DNA from: an uncultured Acidobacteriota bacterium
Lineage (GTDB): Bacteria; Acidobacteriota; Thermoanaerobaculia; Multivoradales; UBA5704
Length of the DNA: 64,000 bases
Reading direction: 5' to 3'
Assembly (NCBI GenBank): GCA_963700145.1
Contig: OY969474.1
Span: 576,001-640,000, forward strand
The notes under the pieces were generated by a model. It was not told the DNA's origin. It made no database searches and was given only the letters and a program-made list of their open reading frames with translations. Both the position numbers and the translations under genes were made by a program. Numbering within the stretch: position 1 is the first letter of the stretch; each line of letters starts with the position of its first letter. Of the stretch, positions 1 through 12,820 are shown one piece after another.

Positions 1-783
1 CACCCCGCCGCCCGCCCCCTGGTTCACCGGTCTGCCTCTCTTCGAGCGCGCCTTCGCGCTCTGCGCCCTCTTCGAGACCGGCGCCGGCCCGCCGGGGTGC
101 TACGCGTCGGTCGCCGGCGACGCCGACGGCCAGGGGCTCTCCTGGGGAGCGCTGCAGTGGAGCTTCGGCAACGGCTCGCTGGCGCCGCTGCTGCGCCGCC
201 TGCTCGACGAGCACCCCGACACGATGGGCATCGCCTTCCACGGCCATCTGCCGGAGCTGGCGGAGCTGCTCGACGCCGAGATCGACGAGCAGCTCCGCTT
301 CGCCCGCTCGATCCAGCATCCGGTGCGCCATTACGTCTACGAGCCCTGGCGCGGCCGTTTCGCCGCCCTCGGGCGGACGGCCGCGGCGCAGCACGTGCAG
401 CGGGCGGAGGCCAAGGTGCTCTGGAAGCGCGCCGAGCGGCTGGCCGCGGACCTCGGTCTCGCCAGCGAGCGCGGCGTGGTGCTGATGATGGACGCCGAGG
501 TGCAGAGCGGCGGGGTGCCCGACCTGGTGCGCCGGCGGCTCGCCGCCGACTTCGCGGCCCTGCCCGCCGAGCGGCCGCCGGAGGCGGCGGAGGTCGAGCG
601 GCTGCGCCTCCTCGCCGACCGCTTCGCCGCAGCGGCGCCGCCGCGCTGGGCCGACGACGTGCGGCAGCGCAAGCTGACGATCGCCGAGGGCGCCGGCCGG
701 GTGCACGGCATCCGGCTCGACCTGGAAGAGCAGTTCGGGATCGGGCTGGAGCGGTTCTGCTGCCGGGAATCCGGCGCGAGAGA

Positions 784-787
<4 letters not shown>
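1..787 (+). CDS. 5'-truncated lysozyme/chitosanase-like (peptidoglycan-related) protein, C-terminal part
   Basis: The frame of ORF 224..787 is open back to the window edge and reads ...CALFETG...[28 protein letters not shown]..., a motif seen in peptidoglycan-binding/lysozyme-like proteins. Its stop overlaps the guaB stop (shared CTAG at 784-787). Confidence 0.55.
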
Positions 788-2298
<1,511 letters not shown>

Positions 2299-2415
2299 TT
2301 GAGCGGCCGAGGATAGCAGAGGCACCTCGATGGGCGCCGTCCAGCTCTGGCGCAATCGCGGCGTAAGTGCTAGACTCCTGGGTCTACCCGGATGCGGGAG
2401 AAAGGAGAATGTCGC

Positions 2416-3042
2416 ATGGAGATGCGCAACTTCATGAGGGGAGCGGCGGCCGCGTTGCTGCTGACGGCATGGGCCGCGGTTCCGGCCCTGGCGAACGGCG
2501 ATCAGCAGCAGGCGGCCGAGCCGCCGGCGATGTCGGCCGAGGAGCAGGCGATGATGGCGGCCTGGCAGAAGGCGATGACCCCCGGACCGCAGCACCAGCA
2601 GCTGGCCAGCTCGGCCGGCACCTGGAACTTCACCGGCAAGTTCTGGATGGGCGGCCCGGACAAGCCGCCGACCGAGGCCACCGGCACCGCCGAGCGGTCG
2701 GTGATCCACGGCGGCCGCGCGCTGGTCGAGAACGTCAAGAGCAGCATGTTCGGCCAGCCCTTCGAGGGGCACGGCATGACCGGCTACGACAACGTCGCGC
2801 AGAAGTACTGGACGACCTGGACCGACAACATGTCCACCGGCGTCATGATCGGCTACGGCACCTGCGATGCCTCCGGCACCTGCACCTTCACCAACGAGCA
2901 CTACGATCCGATGACCGGCCAGAAGAAGACCAGCCGGACGGTGCTGCGGCACGAGGGCGGCAAGGAGATCTACGAGGCGTACGACGTCGGGCCCGACGGC
3001 AAGGAGTTCAAGGCGATGGAGCTGGTCTTCACCCGGGCGTGA
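2416..3042 (+). CDS. Exported DUF1579-like protein
   Basis: AAGGAGA RBS before ATG 2416, signal peptide, motifs [13 protein letters not shown] and [20 protein letters not shown]. Confidence 0.8.
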   Translation: MEMRNFMRGAAAALLLTAWAAVPALANGDQQQAAEPPAMSAEEQAMMAAWQKAMTPGPQHQQLASSAGTWNFTGKFWMGGPDKPPTEATGTAERSVIHGGRALVENVKSSMFGQPFEGHGMTGYDNVAQKYWTTWTDNMSTGVMIGYGTCDASGTCTFTNEHYDPMTGQKKTSRTVLRHEGGKEIYEAYDVGPDGKEFKAMELVFTRA

Positions 3043-3068
3043 CGGCGTAACGCGGCTGGCCGGTGGGG

Positions 3069-5786
<2,718 letters not shown>

Positions 5787-5822
5787 CGGGTTTCAGTCCG
5801 CGGGGTATGGCAGGGGAGGGCC

Positions 5823-5864
5823 GGAGCGCTTGCCGTCGCGCGACCAGCGCGACGGGCTCCTAGG
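5823..5864. repeat. REP-like palindromic element, copy 1 (in the secA 5' leader)
   Basis: GGAGC..CCGTCGCGC-GACCA-GCGCGACGG-GCTCC-TAGG hairpin. 32 bp (5833-5864) are identical to 23828-23859. Confidence 0.75.
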
Positions 5865-5945
5865 TCAACGCGGCAGTGTAGCAGAAAGATTTCAGCGCCC
5901 CGGGGGAGGTGCGGCACCCCGGGGGGACTCCTCACGTCCGAGGAT

Positions 5946-8450
5946 TCACCGCCGCCCGGACGCCTGGACGGCCTCCACCATCCACGCCACGGGGTCTTTG
6001 CCCGGCGGCCGCGGCTGGTCGAGCTTCCAGTACCCGCGAGGCTCGGGGAACTGGAAGTCGCCGGCCGGCGCCAGGAACAGCGGGCGTGGCTCGGGCGTCA
6101 GCTCGAAATCGTCGAGCCGATAGCCCAGCAGGTAGAGCGAGGCCTGGTAGATGCTCTCGACGGCCGGAGCCTGCTCGAAGTACGCGCGCCGGTCAGAGCC
6201 GCCTTGCTCGCCGGGGGTGACGTCCCAGAGGCGGACGCTCCTGTCGTCCGCACCCGAGGCCAGGCGAGTTCCGTCGGGGCTGAACGCCACGGTCCGGATG
6301 CGGTCCCTATGGCCCTGGAGGCGGGCGATCTCCTTGCCGGAGTCGACGTCCCAGAGGCGGATGCTCCGATCTTCCGAGGCCGCGGCCACGCGGCGGCCGC
6401 CGGGGCCGACCGCCACGCTCCAGAACGGAGCCGCGCTCTCGCTCCGCAGACGGGCGATCTCTTTCGCCGCGGCGACGTCCCAGACGCGGACGGTCCCATC
6501 TTCCGAGGCCGAGGCGATGCGGGCGCCGTCGGGACTGAACGCCACGCTCAGGATCCGGCGCTCATGCCCCTGGAGGCGGGCGACCGGCTGGCGCGAGGCG
6601 ACGTCCCACAGCATCACGCTCCGGTCGGGCGCGGCCGCGGCCAGGCGGTGGCTGTCCGGGGAAAACGCCACGCTGAAGAACCCGGTGGCCTCCTGAATGA
6701 ACTGCTCCTCCGTCTGCTCGAAGTCGCGGGCCCCGGCCGGAGCGCCCTGACCCTGGCCTCCGCCGTGATGAGCGTGGCCTCCGCCCTGACCGCGGCCCCC
6801 GCCTCCGCCCCCGCCGGCCCCGCGCCCTCCAGGGCCTTGCAGCGCGGCGATCTGCCCGCCGGAGGCGATGTCCCACAGGCGGACGGTCTTGTCGGACGAG
6901 CCGGAGGCCAGGTGCCTGCCGTCGGGGGAGAACGCCACGCTCCAGATCCGCTCCTTGTGGCCCACGAAGCGGGCGATCTCCACGTTCTCGGTGAGGTCCC
7001 AGAGCCGGACGCTCTTGTCGTCCGAGCCCGACACCAGACGGGTGCCGTCGGAGCTGAACGCCACGCTCCTGACTCTCCCCTCATGGCCGTGGAGGCGGGC
7101 GATCTCCTCGCCCGCGGCGAGGTCCCACAGACGGATGCTCTGATCGTCCGAGCCGGAGGCCAGGCGCTTGCCGTCGGGGCTGAACGCCACGCTCCACACC
7201 CGCTCCGGATGGCCTGGGAGGCGGGCGAGCTCCTTGCGCGCGGCAAGGTCCCACAGGCGGATGGTCCGGTCGTCCGAGCCGGAGACCAGGCGCTTGCTGT
7301 CGGGGGAGAACGCCACGCTTCTGACCAGCGCCTCATGGCGCATCAGGCGGAAGAGCTCCTTGCCCGAGGGAATCTCCCACAGCCGGATGCTGCGATCCGT
7401 CGAGCCCGAGGCGAGGCGGGCGCCGTCGGGTGAGAACGCCACAGTCCACACGCGGCCCATATGCCCCTCGAGGCGGGCGACCTCCACGCCCGTCGAGACG
7501 TCCCAGAGCCGGATGGTCTGATCCTCCGCGCCCCCGGCCAGGCGGCGGCCGTCGGGGCTGAACGCCACGCTCCAGACCCGCGGCCCGTTGCTCTCCTTGC
7601 GCAGGAAGCGGGCGATCTCCTTGCTCGAAGCGACATCCCAGAGGCGGAGGGTCTTGTCGGGCGAGCTCGAGGCCAGGCGGGCGCCGTCGGGGCTGAGCGC
7701 CACGCTGACGACGCTCCCCTCGTGGCCTCTGAGCAGGGCGATCTCCGAGCCCGAGGCGAACTCGAAGACGCGGATGACCTTGTCGACCGACCCCGCGGCC
7801 ATGTACCGGCCGTCGGAGCTGAACGCGAGGGAGACGACGCTCCCGCCGAAGCCGTGGAAGCGGCGGATCTCCGCGCCGGCGCCGACGTCCCACAGGCGGA
7901 CGCTCTGGTCGTCCGAGCCCGAGGCCAGGCGGGTGCCGTCGGGGCTGAACACCACGGTCGAGACCCGCGCCTCGTGGCCCACGAGACGGGCGACCTCTTC
8001 GCCCGAGGCGAGGTCCCACAGGCGGACGAGCCCGTCGTCCGAGGCCGAGGCCAAGCGGCGGCCGTCGGAGCTGTAGGCCACGCTGCGAACAGACCTCAAG
8101 GCCTCCGGCGAGCGCCAGATCTCGCGGAAGACGTCGGCGGCGATCTCCGGAGACGGCAGGCTCTCCGCGGAGACCGGGCGCCGCTCGGCGGCCCCGAGGT
8201 CCCGCCGCAGGGCCGCCAGCGCGTAGAGCCAGGCTTGCCGGGAGCTCTCCGGCGAGCCGCCGTTCGCGGCGGCGCGCAACGCCTCTTGCGCTTTCGCCGC
8301 GAACACCTGGGACCGGTCGTTGCCGGCGGCCTGGGTGCCGAGGGTCTCGGAGCCCGCCGCCGCCGGGGCCGCCGCCTTCGCGGCGACGCCGAAGCCGAGG
8401 AGGATGACGAGGATGGCGAGGCTCGAAATGCCGGGTCGCCCCTTGATCAT
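5946..8450 (-). CDS. Secreted WD40-repeat protein (14 repeats) with a Gly/His-rich insertion
   Basis: GAAGGAG RBS before ATG 8450, hydrophobic signal peptide, and 14 GH...VAFSPDG..LASGS.D..VRLWD repeats counted. Confidence 0.9.
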   Translation of the reverse strand: MIKGRPGISSLAILVILLGFGVAAKAAAPAAAGSETLGTQAAGNDRSQVFAAKAQEALRAAANGGSPESSRQAWLYALAALRRDLGAAERRPVSAESLPSPEIAADVFREIWRSPEALRSVRSVAYSSDGRRLASASDDGLVRLWDLASGEEVARLVGHEARVSTVVFSPDGTRLASGSDDQSVRLWDVGAGAEIRRFHGFGGSVVSLAFSSDGRYMAAGSVDKVIRVFEFASGSEIALLRGHEGSVVSVALSPDGARLASSSPDKTLRLWDVASSKEIARFLRKESNGPRVWSVAFSPDGRRLAGGAEDQTIRLWDVSTGVEVARLEGHMGRVWTVAFSPDGARLASGSTDRSIRLWEIPSGKELFRLMRHEALVRSVAFSPDSKRLVSGSDDRTIRLWDLAARKELARLPGHPERVWSVAFSPDGKRLASGSDDQSIRLWDLAAGEEIARLHGHEGRVRSVAFSSDGTRLVSGSDDKSVRLWDLTENVEIARFVGHKERIWSVAFSPDGRHLASGSSDKTVRLWDIASGGQIAALQGPGGRGAGGGGGGGRGQGGGHAHHGGGQGQGAPAGARDFEQTEEQFIQEATGFFSVAFSPDSHRLAAAAPDRSVMLWDVASRQPVARLQGHERRILSVAFSPDGARIASASEDGTVRVWDVAAAKEIARLRSESAAPFWSVAVGPGGRRVAAASEDRSIRLWDVDSGKEIARLQGHRDRIRTVAFSPDGTRLASGADDRSVRLWDVTPGEQGGSDRRAYFEQAPAVESIYQASLYLLGYRLDDFELTPEPRPLFLAPAGDFQFPEPRGYWKLDQPRPPGKDPVAWMVEAVQASGRR

Positions 8451-8476
8451 GGCGCTACTCCTTCGCAAGAAAGCAC

Positions 8477-8502
8477 GAGGGCGGCCCTTTCGGGTCGCCC
8501 TC
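8477..8502 (-). terminator. GC-rich hairpin between the oxidase and WD40 genes (terminator or processing site)
   Basis: On the minus strand GAGGGCGACCC-GAAA-GGGCCGCCCTC, followed by GTGCTTTCTT. Confidence 0.5.
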
Positions 8503-8548
8503 CGAGGCCTCCGCCCGCCGCCCAGGCGGCGGGTGCTACCCCTCCCGC

Positions 8549-10933
8549 TCAGGGGATGGGCTGGTAAATGTTCTCATCGACGTCGATCTTACAGGCCGAC
8601 GCGTCGGAGTCGCCCTCCGGCGCGATGCAGAAATCGGTCATCATGCCCAGGCCCGCGTGGTGCAGGATGTGGCAGTGCATCAGCCAACGGCCCAGTCCGC
8701 CGCCGAACTCGGCGTCGGTGCCCGGCAGGTCCCCTGCGCCGCCGAACGGCGCGTCCTGGTCGTAGGGGAACTTGGCCTGCAACTGGTTGACGGTGAATAG
8801 CGTTGCGTCGGGGATCTTGAACCGGTCGGTGATCTTCACCCGGTACTTCAGGGCCAGCGCCGGCTGGATGCCCTCGACGTCCAGGAACTCGTTGTAGTCG
8901 TACGTGTAGACCGGGGGCTCGATGAGCGTGGCCGAGTCGACGACCTGCGGGTCCGGTCCAGGGACCAAGTTGACATTGTTGAACCTGTAGAGGGCGATCG
9001 GCTGGAACGAGAAGCCGTGCGCGTGGAACGGGTGATGCGCGGCGCCGGTGTTGTTGGCGACGACGAACTCCAGCACGTCGCCGATGTGCGCGTACCGCGT
9101 GGCGAGCTGGGTCGGCACCTCGTCGCCGCTGACCTCGTCCCCTTCGTACTCTCCCTTGACGGCGTTGATCGAGGGGAACCGCCGGTTGTCTTCGATACGG
9201 TTGCTGAGCACGAGGGACTGATCCACGTCGCGCCCCTGGAACGGGGTACCGAGGAACGGATCCAGCGCCTGCGGCACCGGCGAGAACGGCACGACGGTGG
9301 CGTTCCGCAAGTCCTCCGACGGCCGGTTGATCTCCGGATGCGCCATCAGGGGGTCGCCCTCGGCGAGGTCGAAGTCTGGCAGCCCGAGGGTGTCCGCGAT
9401 GATCTTGATGCGGACCAGCTTGCGGGCGGCGATGTCGCGGTTGCTGATGTCGCCGGTGCCGATGAGGTTGTCGAACTTCGGCGCGAAGGCGCCGTGTGGA
9501 TAGTCGATGGTCCAGATGTACATGCTCTCGCCGGGATCGAGGTAGTTGCCGTCGCGATCCTTGGTCACGACGACGAACTCGGTCCGCTCGGAGACGCCGA
9601 TGAAGTCCTCGCCTCTGCGGATGAGCGTGTCGAAGGCGCGCGGCACGAACGGATTGGCCGGCGGGAGCTCGGGCTGACCCTCGAGGCGCACGTGGTCGAG
9701 CAGGCCGTTCTGGCCGCCGATGCGGTACAGGGGGAGGCCCTGGTCGCAGGAGAGCGGGTCGGCGCCGGAGAACTTGACGCTGCTGCCGGGCGCGTAGCAC
9801 TGGCCGGTGGTCGCCCCACCCCTCTGCACCGCCGGGCCGAAAGGCGGCGTTTCACCCTCGAGCAGGAGACGGAAGCGGTAGAAGCGCTCGTTCGAGGAGT
9901 TGACGAACGAGATGCGCACGCCCTGGCCCTGCCGGACGGAGATCGTAAGAATGTCGGTGTCGCTCGTGGGGACCTTGCCGTTGACGAAGACCAGCTCGCC
10001 TTCGCGGACGATGCAATCGCCGGTGATCACGCCACGGTCGCACTGGCCGTCACCGTTGGTGTCGGGCGAGATGTCCGGCATCAGCTTGTTGTTCACTTCC
10101 TCGTCGGAGTAAACATTGAATTGGACGTTGTTTCTCCACTGAAACCGGTTGGTCTGGTTGGCGACCAGGGAGTCGTGGAGCTGGATGGCCTGCCTCTGCG
10201 CCGGCAGGACGCCGAGCTCTTCCAGGTCGTCTTCCTCGTAGGCTTTGACGGTGAGCTTGCCGATCATGCCGCGGTGCTCGCTGAGCAGCGGCAGGATGTG
10301 CGGGTGGAACCAGTAGTTGCCCGGACGATAGAGCCGGAACTGGTACAGGCGCTGCTCCCCCGTCTCGATGCCGAACTCGCTCACGGGAGTGCCGTCGCTC
10401 TCGTTGTCCAGCTCCATGCCGTGCCAGTGGACGATCTGCCGGTTGTCGGCCGGCGCGTAGAACCCGGTCCCGACCGCCTCGCCGTTGACCGCCTCCGGCA
10501 GCTCGTTCTTGACCGTGAGCTGCACGATGTCGCCCACTTTGCCGATGACCTCGATGTGGTCGGGCGTGCCGTTGTAGGCGGTGGCGTTCGGCGTGGTGAC
10601 GGTGGTGGCCTTCTTGAGATAGCCGTTCTGGAACACGAGCTGGGCCTGCAGGCGGCAGAGGTCGGCATCCTGCGCCGGGCCCTCCTTCTTGGTGCCGCCG
10701 CAGGCCACGCTGTTCGAAGCGTTCTTGAAGTTGCCGAGGACGTCGACGAACACGTAGGTGGGCACCGGCAGCTTGAGAGAGATCTCCGACATCACGATCT
10801 CTTTCTGGATGACGTGGAACTGATTGGGCGGCGGCGAAAAGTCTGACGCGGACAGAGGGGGAGCGGCGAGCAGGAGGCTGACTGCGATTGCCAGGGCGAT
10901 CGATGGCGGAAGCGAATGGCTCGGCGAGGACAT
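8549..10933 (-). CDS. Secreted multicopper oxidase (laccase-like)
   Basis: All four Cu motifs are present: HWHG, WFHPH, HHPFHAHG and HCHILHHAGLGM. N-terminal signal peptide and AGGAG RBS. Confidence 0.92.
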   Translation of the reverse strand: MSSPSHSLPPSIALAIAVSLLLAAPPLSASDFSPPPNQFHVIQKEIVMSEISLKLPVPTYVFVDVLGNFKNASNSVACGGTKKEGPAQDADLCRLQAQLVFQNGYLKKATTVTTPNATAYNGTPDHIEVIGKVGDIVQLTVKNELPEAVNGEAVGTGFYAPADNRQIVHWHGMELDNESDGTPVSEFGIETGEQRLYQFRLYRPGNYWFHPHILPLLSEHRGMIGKLTVKAYEEDDLEELGVLPAQRQAIQLHDSLVANQTNRFQWRNNVQFNVYSDEEVNNKLMPDISPDTNGDGQCDRGVITGDCIVREGELVFVNGKVPTSDTDILTISVRQGQGVRISFVNSSNERFYRFRLLLEGETPPFGPAVQRGGATTGQCYAPGSSVKFSGADPLSCDQGLPLYRIGGQNGLLDHVRLEGQPELPPANPFVPRAFDTLIRRGEDFIGVSERTEFVVVTKDRDGNYLDPGESMYIWTIDYPHGAFAPKFDNLIGTGDISNRDIAARKLVRIKIIADTLGLPDFDLAEGDPLMAHPEINRPSEDLRNATVVPFSPVPQALDPFLGTPFQGRDVDQSLVLSNRIEDNRRFPSINAVKGEYEGDEVSGDEVPTQLATRYAHIGDVLEFVVANNTGAAHHPFHAHGFSFQPIALYRFNNVNLVPGPDPQVVDSATLIEPPVYTYDYNEFLDVEGIQPALALKYRVKITDRFKIPDATLFTVNQLQAKFPYDQDAPFGGAGDLPGTDAEFGGGLGRWLMHCHILHHAGLGMMTDFCIAPEGDSDASACKIDVDENIYQPIP

Positions 10934-11037
10934 TGTCGAAGGCTCCTTTCCTAACGGGTCCCCTCAGGCGCCCAGACCCCCACCAAAGCGGCAGGCTGCG
11001 GGCGAGTTTGAACGTCTACTGCTTGGTCGCTGGAATG

Positions 11038-11053
11038 AGCAACGCATGTGCCA
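11038..11053 (-). promoter_or_regulatory. sigma54 (-24/-12) promoter for the multicopper oxidase
   Basis: Minus strand TGGCAC-ATGCG-TTGCT matches the TGGCAC-N5-TTGCW consensus, about 105 bp upstream of the oxidase ATG. Confidence 0.8.
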
Positions 11054-11210
11054 CGGGAAGGCGGCGCGCAGCGCTGCGCCGCGCCGGCGATTCACGAACG
11101 CGATCCAACTCTTTCGGTGTCGGCGGTTTACGCGGGCCAGCCCCGGTCTCTCCCGCGGCTCCGCGGAGGTCGTCGCAGCCGTCTTCGCCGGCTGAAAGGA
11201 GCGCTCCGCC

Positions 11211-11255
11211 GTCCAGATCCTGAATCGGTTCCGGCGCCGCTTCCAGAATTTGGAA
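11211..11255. promoter_or_regulatory. Candidate enhancer (UAS) sites for a sigma54 activator
   Basis: Inverted repeat TTCCA-GAATT-TGGAA (11241-11255) and a similar GTCCAGATCCTGAAT 30 bp away, about 160-200 bp upstream of the sigma54 promoter. Confidence 0.4.
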
Positions 11256-11449
11256 GGACTCGACCCCCGAGTGGCGGACGAGCCCGTCGGCTCGTCCCCC
11301 TCCCGCCTGCGGCGCGCACTGTGCTTGTGACTCGGTCAAGGCTATGCCGTCCCGCGAGCCTTCGAGGCTCCGCCCGCCGTTCCCCCCGCAAGGCGTATCC
11401 CTTTCGCCCCGAGGACGAGCCGCGTAATCCCAGCGATCCGAGGAGACCG

Positions 11450-12820
11450 ATGAACGCACGCATTACCGACCTCACGCTCGTCGCCCTCGCCCTCGCCGCC
11501 GCGCTCGCGGCCGGCTGCCGCGCGGCCCCGGGGGAGGTTCTCCAGGACTCGGTGCGCGAGGGCGCGGCGAGTACCGGCGCCGCCGCCGGGGACGAGATCG
11601 CCCACTACACTTGCTCGATGCACGCCTCGGTCCGCAACGCCGGGCCCGGGAGCTGCCCGATCTGCTCGATGGAGCTGGTGCCGGTGTTCCGGCGGGAGAT
11701 CGCGAGCGGGGAGATCGTGCTCGACGCCGGGCGGCGCCAGCAGATCGGCGTCACCACCGCCCGGGCGGAGCTGCGGACGCTCGCCGTGCCGGTGCGCGCG
11801 GTCGGCAAGGTGACCTACGACGAGACCGGTCTGACCGACGTGACGCTCAAGGTGGGCGGCTGGATCGACGAGCTCCACGTCGACCGCCTCGGCCAGCCGG
11901 TGCGCCAGGGTGAGCCGCTGTTCACGCTCTACAGCCCGGAGCTCTTCGAGGCCCAGCAGGAGTTCCTCACCGCGGCCAACAACCAGCGCATGGCGCGCAA
12001 GGTCGGCTCCTCCGAGAGCACCGTGTTCCTGGCCGAGGCGCGGCGCCAACGCCTGCGCCTGTTGGACCTGGTGCCGGACCAGATCAAGGACCTGGAAGCG
12101 CGCCGCGCGCCGCTCGAGCGCGTCCCGATCCTGTCACCGGCCTCCGGTCACGTGATCGAAAAAAACGTGGTCGCCGGCGCCGCGGTCGAACCCGGGATGC
12201 GCCTGCTGCGCATCGCCGCCCTTGACCGGGTGTGGGTGGAGGCCGAGGTCTACGAGTCGGAGCTGGCGCTGCTCGCGGTCGGCACCCCGGCGAAGGTCAC
12301 TCTCCCTTACCTCCCGGGACGGAGCTTCAGGGGCCGCATCGCGTTCGTCTACCCCTGGCTCGACGGCGCTACCCGCACCGGCCGGGTGCGCATCGAGCTG
12401 GCCAATCCCGGCCTCGTGCTCAAGCCGGAGATGTACGCCGAGGTCGCCTTCGAGCGCGCCCTCGGCAAGCGGCTGGCGGTGCCCGAGGAGGCGGTCCTCT
12501 ACGCCGGCGACCGCCGCTACGTCTTCCTCGACCTGGGCAGCGGGCGACTGCGGCCGCAGGCGGTGACCCTCGGCCAGTGGGCCGGCGAGTGGGTGGAGAT
12601 CCTCGACGGGCTGGAGCCCGGCGACGTGGTAGTCACCTCGGGCAACTTCCTGATCGCCGCCGAGGCCCGCCTCAAGCTGGCGCTCGATCACTGGACTCCG
12701 GAGACGACCGCGGCCGAAGGCGCCGCGCCCGCGGCGCCCGGCCGGCCGGCCGGGCACGACGCCCACGCCGGCCATAGCGGACACGGCGGACACGGCGGGC
12801 ACGAGCCAGAGGACCACTGA
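11450..12820 (+). CDS. cusB: CusB-like heavy-metal RND periplasmic adaptor
   Basis: AGGAG RBS, lipoprotein-like signal (LAAGC), YTCSMH...PGSCPICSMELVP metal-binding domain, LYSPEL..AQ.E, LKPEMYA, and a His-rich C-terminal tail. Confidence 0.88.
   Translation: MNARITDLTLVALALAAALAAGCRAAPGEVLQDSVREGAASTGAAAGDEIAHYTCSMHASVRNAGPGSCPICSMELVPVFRREIASGEIVLDAGRRQQIGVTTARAELRTLAVPVRAVGKVTYDETGLTDVTLKVGGWIDELHVDRLGQPVRQGEPLFTLYSPELFEAQQEFLTAANNQRMARKVGSSESTVFLAEARRQRLRLLDLVPDQIKDLEARRAPLERVPILSPASGHVIEKNVVAGAAVEPGMRLLRIAALDRVWVEAEVYESELALLAVGTPAKVTLPYLPGRSFRGRIAFVYPWLDGATRTGRVRIELANPGLVLKPEMYAEVAFERALGKRLAVPEEAVLYAGDRRYVFLDLGSGRLRPQAVTLGQWAGEWVEILDGLEPGDVVVTSGNFLIAAEARLKLALDHWTPETTAAEGAAPAAPGRPAGHDAHAGHSGHGGHGGHEPEDH

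Noticed and set aside
6200-8100. DNA repeats of about 126 bp
   Set aside because: Fully explained by the WD40 coding repeats.
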